A stretch of 64,000 bases of DNA from the NCBI GenBank assembly GCA_045803545.1, contig JBJMOW010000004.1, positions 96,001 through 160,000 on the forward strand, given 5' to 3'. The position numbers were made by a program, and so were the translations under genes. The notes beneath the pieces were generated by a model, which was given only the letters and a program-made list of their open reading frames with translations, was not told the origin of the DNA and did not search any database. Positions 56,810-64,000 of the stretch are shown here, piece by piece (the stretch's first letter is position 1; every line of letters begins with the position of its first letter). The stretch comes from Gemmatimonadaceae bacterium (lineage in GTDB: Bacteria > Gemmatimonadota > Gemmatimonadetes > Gemmatimonadales > Gemmatimonadaceae).

Positions 56810-57301
56810 CTAGATGTTCGATCCGCCTGAACTTCCAGACCCGCGTCCACTGGAGCCGCTGGACCCGCCTGACCCACCGACGTTGCCACTGGAAGATCCA
56901 CCGCTCGAATTTCCCATGCCACCCGAACCGCCCGAGCTACCGCCCGAGGATCCACCGCTGCTGCCACCCATTCCACCACCGGTACTGCTGCTTCCTGCAT
57001 CGCTGCTTCCACCATAGCCACCACCACTGGAGCCGCTCCCCTTATCAGAGCTTCCTCCAAACCCTCCGCCGCTGCTGCTGCCGCCGGATCCACCGAAGCT
57101 GCTCCCGCTTCCGCCGGTTCCGCTACCGGAGCCGCCGCTGCTCCCTCCGGTTCCGCTACCGGAGCCGCTGCTGGAGCCGCCAAAGCCGCCGCCCGATCCG
57201 CCGGAACTTCCCGAACCGCTACCGCTGCGGCTTCCACTCTGGCCGGATCCCGAATTGCTCTGGGAACCGGGGTTATTGATGTTCTTGTCGTTGTCTGCCA
57301 T
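56810..57301 (-). CDS. Gly/Ser-rich low-complexity protein
   Basis: Strong SD AAGGAGG 6 nt before ATG; own terminator; varied synonymous Gly/Ser codons. Confidence 0.8.
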   Translation of the reverse strand: MADNDKNINNPGSQSNSGSGQSGSRSGSGSGSSGGSGGGFGGSSSGSGSGTGGSSGGSGSGTGGSGSSFGGSGGSSSGGGFGGSSDKGSGSSGGGYGGSSDAGSSSTGGGMGGSSGGSSGGSSGGSGGMGNSSGGSSSGNVGGSGGSSGSSGRGSGSSGGSNI

Positions 57302-57366
57302 GGTAATCCTCCTTCATTGGGCGATCTAGCAAACGCATGTCGCATGCCCATGATCGCCCTTTTCGT

Positions 57367-57696
57367 CTAGAGCCGATGGAAGACCGCCTCTTCCACAGGT
57401 CGTCCATTCTTCAGGTGCTCGACGACTATTTTTTCGAGCAATTCCGGTGTGACGTTCGCATACCAGATCCCTTCCGGATACACGACGACGATCGGACCGT
57501 TGCTGCACACGCCGAGGCAGGGAGTCTCACCTCTTTTTACGCGATCGGGACCGAAGAGCAGGTCCTCGCGCTGCAGCAGCTCGGCCAATCGCGAATACAA
57601 TTCGCGTCCGCGACGATCGGGTGAGCAGAAATTGCCGGTGCAGATGAGAACGTGATGGGAGTAGAGTTCCATCTGCGGCTTCGGTAGCGAAGGCAT
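57367..57696 (-). CDS. thioredoxin-like [2Fe-2S] ferredoxin
   Basis: HVLICTGNFC, CLGVCSNGPIVVVYPEGIWY, IVVEHL. Confidence 0.9.
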   Translation of the reverse strand: MPSLPKPQMELYSHHVLICTGNFCSPDRRGRELYSRLAELLQREDLLFGPDRVKRGETPCLGVCSNGPIVVVYPEGIWYANVTPELLEKIVVEHLKNGRPVEEAVFHRL

Positions 57697-57770
57697 CCGG
57701 CAAAGATACTTGCATGGGGGAGAGCCGAGCCTGATTATGCTGTGAGCTCTCCTTATTTCAGGAGCCAACA

Positions 57771-58679
57771 ATGGGGGCGACAATCACACCTAACGCAACC
57801 GCTGTCGATCCATCGATCGCCGGCAAGGGCTACGTGCACCCTGAAGTTCTCGTCAGCACGGAATGGCTCGCAGAGCACATCGACGATCCCAGCATCAGAA
57901 TCATCGAGAGCGACGAGGACGTTCTCCTCTACGACACCGGCCACATTCCGGGTGCGCAGAAAGTGGACTGGCACCAGGATCTGAACGATCCCGTGTTGCG
58001 TGACTACGTCTCGCCCGAGCAGTTCGAAAAGCTTCTGCGCGAGAAAGGGATCGACGACAATACGACGGTGATTTTTTACGGCGACAAGAACAACTGGTGG
58101 GCGGCGTACGCTTTCTGGGTGTTTCAGCTATTCGGATTCACCAACGCGAAGTTGCTCGACGGTGGCCGGGTGAAGTGGCAGCAGGAAGGTCGTGCCATGA
58201 ACACCGACGTCCCGAAATTGGCCAGCACGAGCTACAAGGCGCCGAAGCGGTCCGACGAGAAAATTCGCGCGTTTTTCCAACAGGTGCGTGAGCATTCCGC
58301 GGCGGGCAGACCGTTGATCGACGTGCGGTCACCGGAAGAGTTCACGGGGCAGCGTACTCACATGCCGGACTATCCGCAGGAGGGAACGTTGCGCGGCGGG
58401 CACATCAAGGGAGCGCGCAGTGTGCCCTGGGCCCGGGCAGCTAATCCCGATGGAAGTTTCAAGGATGCGAATTCACTGCGAGGGATATACGAGCAGGAGA
58501 AAGGCCTGAAGAAGAGCGACGACATCATCGCCTACTGCCGCATTGGAGAACGTTCTTCACATACGTGGTTCGTGCTTACATACCTGTTAGGCTACGACAA
58601 GGTCAGGAACTACGACGGCAGCTGGACAGAATGGGGCAACGCGGTCAGAGTGCCGATCGAGAAGGGACCTGAGACGTGA
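57771..58679 (+). CDS. tandem-rhodanese sulfurtransferase (SseA/CysA-like)
   Basis: [33 protein letters not shown]. Confidence 0.95.
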   Translation: MGATITPNATAVDPSIAGKGYVHPEVLVSTEWLAEHIDDPSIRIIESDEDVLLYDTGHIPGAQKVDWHQDLNDPVLRDYVSPEQFEKLLREKGIDDNTTVIFYGDKNNWWAAYAFWVFQLFGFTNAKLLDGGRVKWQQEGRAMNTDVPKLASTSYKAPKRSDEKIRAFFQQVREHSAAGRPLIDVRSPEEFTGQRTHMPDYPQEGTLRGGHIKGARSVPWARAANPDGSFKDANSLRGIYEQEKGLKKSDDIIAYCRIGERSSHTWFVLTYLLGYDKVRNYDGSWTEWGNAVRVPIEKGPET

Positions 58680-59110
58680 CAGCTCCGGCAGCAAGAGTAA
58701 AAGCGAAGCCGTCACTCATACATGTCACGTGGGCAGGTGATCACCAATTCGACGCGGGGCGGCCGGGCGGTCCAACGGCCCACATCGATGGAGATGGAAA
58801 AACTGCCCAATCTCCGCCCGAGACTCTGTTAACGGCGCTGGCGACGTGCGTGTCCTACGATGTTATCGACATCCTCGCCAAGCAGCGCACGCCGATCTCG
58901 TCTCTGGAAATCGATGTGGTCGGCGAGCGGGTCGACACCGTTCCACGTCGCTACAGGCACGTCACGATGAACTTTCGAATTGGCGGCACCGGTATCGAGA
59001 AAGAGAAAGCGCTACGCGCAATCGAGTTGTCGGCAAATAAGTACTGTTCGGTGAGGGAGACACTCCGTCCGGACCTGCAAATCGAGTGGACGGTAGAAAT
59101 CGCGGAGTGA
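58676..59110 (+). CDS. OsmC family protein
   Basis: [22 protein letters not shown]. Confidence 0.9.
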   Translation: MTAPAARVKAKPSLIHVTWAGDHQFDAGRPGGPTAHIDGDGKTAQSPPETLLTALATCVSYDVIDILAKQRTPISSLEIDVVGERVDTVPRRYRHVTMNFRIGGTGIEKEKALRAIELSANKYCSVRETLRPDLQIEWTVEIAE

Positions 59111-59325
59111 GGACTGAACCTGATAACTACCGCGCTGGTAGCTGATAGCAGCATGCTGATAGCTGATCGCTGCCTGCTAACGCGACCGATCTCATCGCAT
59201 TAAAAGCGAACAGAACGCTTTTCCTCTGACTCCATCGCGATCTGTCCCGTCGCTTGCAGGGAATGGCTAATAGCGAGCTGCTACCAGCTAACAGCGAGGT
59301 AGTTGGCTTCTAGAGTCCGCAGTCC
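59111..59325. repeat. ~215-bp palindromic MITE/REP-like element, copy 2
   Basis: Shares core taaaagcgaaca..cgcgatctgtcccgtcgcttgcag and right end agtccgcagtcc with 2107-2327; 25/28-bp inner IR. Confidence 0.85.
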
Positions 59326-59329
59326 GCAC

Positions 59330-60274
59330 TCATCTCCGCCTTCCTCGTCCCGCCTTCTTCTCCTCTTGTTCTATCTCCTCCCTCAGCCGCAGATAACTAT
59401 CGTAGCGGTCCGCGCTGATGGCGCCTGACTCGACGGCTCCGCGGATTGCGCAGCCGGGCTCAGCGCGGTGCGTGCAGTTGCCGAAGCGGCACAAGGGGAT
59501 GACGTCGCGGAATTCGCGGAAACACGAATCGAGCTCGTTGGAAGACAGACCCCACGTCGCAATCTCTCGGAGGCCCGGCGTATCCACGACGTAGCCGGAG
59601 TCAGGGAGGGGGTGGAGCAACGCGCCGACCGTCGTGTGCCGGCCCTTGTTCACCGATTCGCTTACCTCGCCGACGCGCAGGTCGAGACCGGGGTACATCG
59701 CGTTCATCAACGACGATTTCCCGACACCAGACGGACCGGTTAGCGCAGACATTTTTCCTTCGAGCTGGTGGTGTAGCTCGTCCAGTCCGATGCGCTGCTT
59801 CACGCTGGTGAAGTGCACCGGAAACCCGGCTCGCACGTAATCGGAGAAAGCCTCCTCCGTCTCGGCGCGGTCGACCAGCTCGATCTTGTTGATGACGATC
59901 CGTGCGTCGAGCGAGTTCGCATCGGCGATCACCAGAAAGCGGTCGAGCATGCGACGATGCGGCTCCGGCTTCGCCGCGGCAAAGACGACGATGACCTGAT
60001 CGACGTTCGCTGCGACAGTGCGTTCGCCATGGCCACCGCCCGGTGCGCGACGCGCCAGCGCGGAATGTCGAGGCAGAATCTCTTCGATCGCCCAATGACT
60101 GCCGCGCGAATCAACATCGAGCACCACGCGGTCGCCGACTGCGAGCTTGCGCGCTTCGTCGGATTCCTTCTTGAGACGACCGCGGAGGGACGCTTCGTGG
60201 GTCTCACCCGAGCTCGCGCGAACGTTCCAGACTCCACCCGTACCATTGAGAACTACGCCTTCAGTGCGGGTCAA
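59330..60274 (-). CDS. rsgA: ribosome small subunit-dependent GTPase A
   Basis: AANVDQ, INKI, GPSGVGKSS, GRHTT, DTPG, CRFGNCTHRAEPGC. Confidence 0.96.
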   Translation of the reverse strand: MTRTEGVVLNGTGGVWNVRASSGETHEASLRGRLKKESDEARKLAVGDRVVLDVDSRGSHWAIEEILPRHSALARRAPGGGHGERTVAANVDQVIVVFAAAKPEPHRRMLDRFLVIADANSLDARIVINKIELVDRAETEEAFSDYVRAGFPVHFTSVKQRIGLDELHHQLEGKMSALTGPSGVGKSSLMNAMYPGLDLRVGEVSESVNKGRHTTVGALLHPLPDSGYVVDTPGLREIATWGLSSNELDSCFREFRDVIPLCRFGNCTHRAEPGCAIRGAVESGAISADRYDSYLRLREEIEQEEKKAGRGRRR

Positions 60275-60657
60275 CTCCTACCTTCTCGGCGCATTGCATC
60301 CCACCAGGTGGCTTGACTCGATTTCTCACCTCGAATCAGCGCGTCGAGCTTTGCCTTGACGTCGTTCAAGCTCAGCTCGCCGATCATGTGGCGAGCCTCT
60401 TCCTCGGTCTGCGCGTAGGAAAGGAATTCGGTCTCGAGGTGCCCACTGGCGACCGGATCGCCGTGACCCCAGCGCACGAACAACAGATAGGCAGCGAATG
60501 GGCGCGTCCTGTCACCGCTTTCATCGGTGACGATCTCGACGCTATACGACGTACCATCGCTTCCTTCAAATGCCGCCGGCCGATCGTGGACGGCACGGTA
60601 CCCTCCGATCGTGTTCGGATCTCCTTTGGAATGATCGGGAGGTATGAATCTGCCCAT
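60271..60657 (-). CDS. hypothetical protein
   Basis: Tightly packed ORF between proline dehydrogenase and rsgA. Confidence 0.72.
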   Translation of the reverse strand: MGRFIPPDHSKGDPNTIGGYRAVHDRPAAFEGSDGTSYSVEIVTDESGDRTRPFAAYLLFVRWGHGDPVASGHLETEFLSYAQTEEEARHMIGELSLNDVKAKLDALIRGEKSSQATWWDAMRREGRS

Positions 60658-60658
60658 C

Positions 60659-61597
60659 TCAGCTCCGGCGTTTGCCAACCATTTCCTTCACCACGTTGCC
60701 GGTGATGAACGCGACGTTTGCCGGACGTTCCGCCAGTCGACGCATCAAATACGGGTACCACTGTGTGCCGAAGGGAACGTACACGCGCATCCGATAACCT
60801 TCGCGTACCAGCCTGTCCTGCAAATCCCTGCGCACGCCGTAGAGCATCTGAAACTCGTAACGATCGGAGGCGAGCTTCTTCTCTTTGGCGAAACGCTTTG
60901 CCTCTTTGATGATCGTTTCGTCGTGTGTCGCGATGCCTGCATAGTTGCCTCTTAACATCAGATCGTGCATGCAGCGCACGTAGGTCGAGTCGACATCCTT
61001 CTTCGCCGGATACGCAATCGTCTCAGGCTCCTTGTAGGCGCCTTTACACAGACGCACGCGCGCCTTCAACTGAATAGCACGCTCCACGTCGGCGAAGGTC
61101 CGGTAGAGATAGCTCTGTAGAACGATGCCGACATGCTCCCGATATGCCGGATACAGGCGTTGCTCGAAGAGATCGAGCGTGCGCTGAGTGTACTCACTCG
61201 ACTCCATATCGATGCGAACGAACGTGTTGTAATCGCGAGCCCGCTGCAGGATGCGATGCATGATCGAGACGCAGAGTTCTTCGGAGATGTCGAGTCCCAT
61301 CGCGGTCAGCTTCACGGACACATTCGCGTCCACTTTCTGCTGGTGAATCCTGTCGAGCATTTTCAGGTAGGAATCGCCCGCCGCGCGAGCCTCCGCCTCA
61401 TTGTGTACGCTCTCACCGAGCAGATCGAGAGAAGCCGTTATTCCACGCGCGTTGAGCCGTGTCACCGCGGCCAGCGCCGAGTCCAACGTCTCTCCGGCGA
61501 CGAACCGGTTGGCGAAGCTCTTCGCGACCCTGTTATTACGGACGAATTGGAAGATCTTCGGCTGTTCGGACAGGTATAGAAGAGCGCTGCGAAGCAT
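60659..61597 (-). CDS. monofunctional proline dehydrogenase
   Basis: RFVAGE, SVKLT, RIDME, RLCKGAY, IATHD, QMLYG, YLMRRLAERPAN. Confidence 0.96.
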   Translation of the reverse strand: MLRSALLYLSEQPKIFQFVRNNRVAKSFANRFVAGETLDSALAAVTRLNARGITASLDLLGESVHNEAEARAAGDSYLKMLDRIHQQKVDANVSVKLTAMGLDISEELCVSIMHRILQRARDYNTFVRIDMESSEYTQRTLDLFEQRLYPAYREHVGIVLQSYLYRTFADVERAIQLKARVRLCKGAYKEPETIAYPAKKDVDSTYVRCMHDLMLRGNYAGIATHDETIIKEAKRFAKEKKLASDRYEFQMLYGVRRDLQDRLVREGYRMRVYVPFGTQWYPYLMRRLAERPANVAFITGNVVKEMVGKRRS

Positions 61598-63322
61598 TTA
61601 GTTCTGTAGGAGTGGGTCAGCAGCGACGGACGAGCGTCGATTCACAGTGCGGCCGCGCCGAGAAAGATCGAAGATTCTGATGACTGGATAGCGCCCGCCT
61701 TTCTTCAGATCCTGGTCGAAAAGATTCCAGGTCGTGAAGCCGTCATCGCTCTCCGGCTCCAACAAGTAGACCGCCAATGCTCCTCTTGGCTGCGCAGTGG
61801 AGACAATGAATGACTTTGGTGCCAACGCCTGTAGACCGCGTTGCCACGATCCCTTGAGTCGCACTTCGTGGTGTCCCTGAAACGCTCGCGGCGACGTGAT
61901 TATCGTGTCGATGGTGAAGGATTCACCCCGCGCGAGCCATGCAGAGTCTGAGCGCTCTACCCGAATCCCGTGCAGGCGCAGAAGAGTGACGACCGCAGTA
62001 TCCTGCGGCGCTATCACATAGGCCGCGGGAGGCAAACGATCGAGTGTCGACGCGAATCGGTCGTACACAGGCATCCGAACCGCGCGATAACGGCTCGTCC
62101 GGCGCTCGCCTCGTGGAACTCCAGGTTGAGTGAGACTCGAGTCGCTGACCTTTTCGATGTCTTCCTTGATCACGTCGAGCGAACGAGGGCTTGCCAGCTC
62201 GGATCGCACCGCCACGACCTGCACCGAATCAGGAGATCGACCCCACGCCGACGGAAGACTATCAGCGTGTGCACTCAGAGCTCGGATCGAGCTTGCCCGT
62301 TCCGCTACCAGCGACAGGATCTCCGAGACGAACGCGTACGTAGATGCGATTCGTCGAGAGAGCGTATCGTGAGAATACGCTTCGCTGAGAATTGCGATGC
62401 GGCCACGAATGCCGAAGTAATTCGTGCCGAACCTCGGGCGGGAATCGTACGTCGCCCAACCGTCACGAATCGAGCTGTCGGCAAGGAGACCGCGCTCGTC
62501 GGACACGAAATTCCCGTAATCGAAAATCTCGAAGCCGTGCCGAGTGCGCATTCGTTGACGGAGAACCGGCAGCAACGAATCACGCGCGTATACGCCGCCG
62601 AAGATTGCGGCCGGACTCAGCGACGGAGAATAAGTAAGTGCGTATCCGTGGAAGCTGCCGTCCGTCGTGTGCAAATCGACGAATACGTCCGGATCCCAGG
62701 CGTTGAACATGGCAAGCGAAGCGCGAGTCTCCGGCGCCTCGGCTTTTACGTAATCGCGGTTGAGGTCGAGGTTTTGCGCGTTGGCCCTCGTACCCACAAG
62801 CTCAGGACCGTTCTGCTCGGTGCGGTTCACTGACTGCGACGCAAATCGCTCGTTGCCATCTGCGTTGTAAATGGGGACTGCAATCAATACGATCGAATCG
62901 AGTGCGTTGGGATTCGGCGCAGACGTCAGATCGCGAATGAGAGCGAGGAGAGCATCTTTGCCTTCGACTTCGCCCGCGTGGATGTTCCCTTGCACGTACA
63001 CGACCGGACGCCCAAGCCGCTTCGCTTCCGACGGTGACGACACTTGTGGTCGCGATGCGATGACGAACGGGATCGCCCGTCCCTCCGTAGTCTTACCAAT
63101 CGACCCGAAGGTGAGCGGTGCGCCGAGCTTGCGCAGTGAATCGAGAAACTGTCGCACATCGGCGTAGTGCGAGGTCTCGCGATATCGAGTCAGCTCGGGC
63201 CGCGTGCGCGGATAGTCAGCGGCGGTGATCGGACGCTTGACCGCTGGAGCGCACGAGATCACCAGCGTCGATGCTACGAAAACAGACACCGCGGACCGAG
63301 CGGGCCGCACCACCCAACGCAC
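61598..63322 (-). CDS. M14 family zinc carboxypeptidase lipoprotein
   Basis: Lipobox VISC; IHAGEVEG, NADGNE, DLNRD, DLH; GTG overlaps the upstream TAG. Confidence 0.88.
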   Translation of the reverse strand: MRWVVRPARSAVSVFVASTLVISCAPAVKRPITAADYPRTRPELTRYRETSHYADVRQFLDSLRKLGAPLTFGSIGKTTEGRAIPFVIASRPQVSSPSEAKRLGRPVVYVQGNIHAGEVEGKDALLALIRDLTSAPNPNALDSIVLIAVPIYNADGNERFASQSVNRTEQNGPELVGTRANAQNLDLNRDYVKAEAPETRASLAMFNAWDPDVFVDLHTTDGSFHGYALTYSPSLSPAAIFGGVYARDSLLPVLRQRMRTRHGFEIFDYGNFVSDERGLLADSSIRDGWATYDSRPRFGTNYFGIRGRIAILSEAYSHDTLSRRIASTYAFVSEILSLVAERASSIRALSAHADSLPSAWGRSPDSVQVVAVRSELASPRSLDVIKEDIEKVSDSSLTQPGVPRGERRTSRYRAVRMPVYDRFASTLDRLPPAAYVIAPQDTAVVTLLRLHGIRVERSDSAWLARGESFTIDTIITSPRAFQGHHEVRLKGSWQRGLQALAPKSFIVSTAQPRGALAVYLLEPESDDGFTTWNLFDQDLKKGGRYPVIRIFDLSRRGRTVNRRSSVAADPLLQN

Positions 63323-64000
63323 TACCGTTCGCCCGGATAGAAGACTTGTCGACGACGCGCCATCTCGAGCAGTAGATCGGCCGGCTCGAAACGGCCGGGG
63401 AATCTCGCGTTCAAATCCTCGAGCCGCTGAACCACTATCTGGACGCCGAGCGTGTCCATGTAGCGGAATGGACCGCCGCGGAAGGGTGGGAATCCAATAC
63501 CGAACACCGCGCCGACATCGCCGTCGCGTGGTGACTTGATGATTCCATCGCTGAGACAACGTGCTGCCTCGTTGAGCATCGACAGGACGGTTCGCTGCTG
63601 AATCTGCGCCGCCGGCATGTCATCCGGCCGTGTAGTATCAGTCGGCGTGACCGGAGCTATCGATGTAGCGACTGGAATGCTGCCGGGCGCGAGGAATAGT
63701 GCGTAGACGGACGGATCGACGTCGCCCTTCTTCCCTTCCTTGTCGTAGGTGTAAAAGCCCTTCTGCGATTTGCGACCGTAGCGCCCGGCCGTCACTACCG
63801 ATTGAATCGAATTCGCAGGCTGCATCCGATCGGGGAACGCATCGGCCATGATTTTTCCGGCTTTCACCGCGACGTCGAGTCCGACTTCATCAATCAGAGT
63901 GATCGGCCCGACGGGGAAGCCGAAATCGACCAGCGCCTTGTCGATGAGGTCGACCGCGACGCCCTGGTCCATCAAAATCCCGGCTTCATTGATGTACGGA
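63322..64000 (-). CDS. fadJ: fatty-acid oxidation complex alpha subunit (3' part; runs off window end)
   Basis: FGFPVGPITLIDEVGLD, GRKSQKGFY, DGDVGAVFGIGFPPFRGGPF. Confidence 0.88.
   Translation of the reverse strand, partial: PYINEAGILMDQGVAVDLIDKALVDFGFPVGPITLIDEVGLDVAVKAGKIMADAFPDRMQPANSIQSVVTAGRYGRKSQKGFYTYDKEGKKGDVDPSVYALFLAPGSIPVATSIAPVTPTDTTRPDDMPAAQIQQRTVLSMLNEAARCLSDGIIKSPRDGDVGAVFGIGFPPFRGGPFRYMDTLGVQIVVQRLEDLNARFPGRFEPADLLLEMARRRQVFYPGER

Noticed and set aside
56734..57351. Alternative-frame ORFs (205 aa Ala-rich; 168 aa Arg/Cys-rich) over the Gly/Ser gene
   Set aside because: By-products of low-complexity codons; only the G/S frame has an SD and a fitting terminator
1..64000. 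Frequent CGATCG/GCGATCGC (HIP1-like) and TCGA words
   Set aside because: Plausibly explained by high GC and ATC/GAT/GTC codon usage; enrichment cannot be shown without counting against a codon-aware model

Overview
GC-rich, densely coding bacterial chromosome segment. Gene repertoire and style suggest Gemmatimonadota (inference; no marker gene in the window). It holds about 55 CDSs, mostly housekeeping (deoC, rnhA, thyX, ispH, gmhA, pfkA, lon, nadE, rsgA, PBP1A, fused 2-oxoacid E1, fadJ). I saw no rRNA, tRNA, CRISPR array, transposase or prophage. Most notable: (1) an operon of two divergent Ddl-like ATP-grasp ligases plus a KamA-type radical SAM/PLP aminomutase, a candidate pathway for a beta-amino-acid peptide; (2) a SelW/Rdx selenoprotein (CVVU) with a SECIS-like hairpin, absent from the ORF track; (3) heptamer-periodic palindromic elements, including two ~220-bp copies with compensatory changes and one element inserted in-frame in ispH; (4) an HrpB-like helicase whose motif Ia lies before Walker A; (5) a recurrent -10 box 5-6 nt before start codons, suggesting leaderless mRNAs; (6) sigma54-type motifs ahead of four small secreted or low-complexity genes. 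Products were assigned by motif recognition only; no searches were run.
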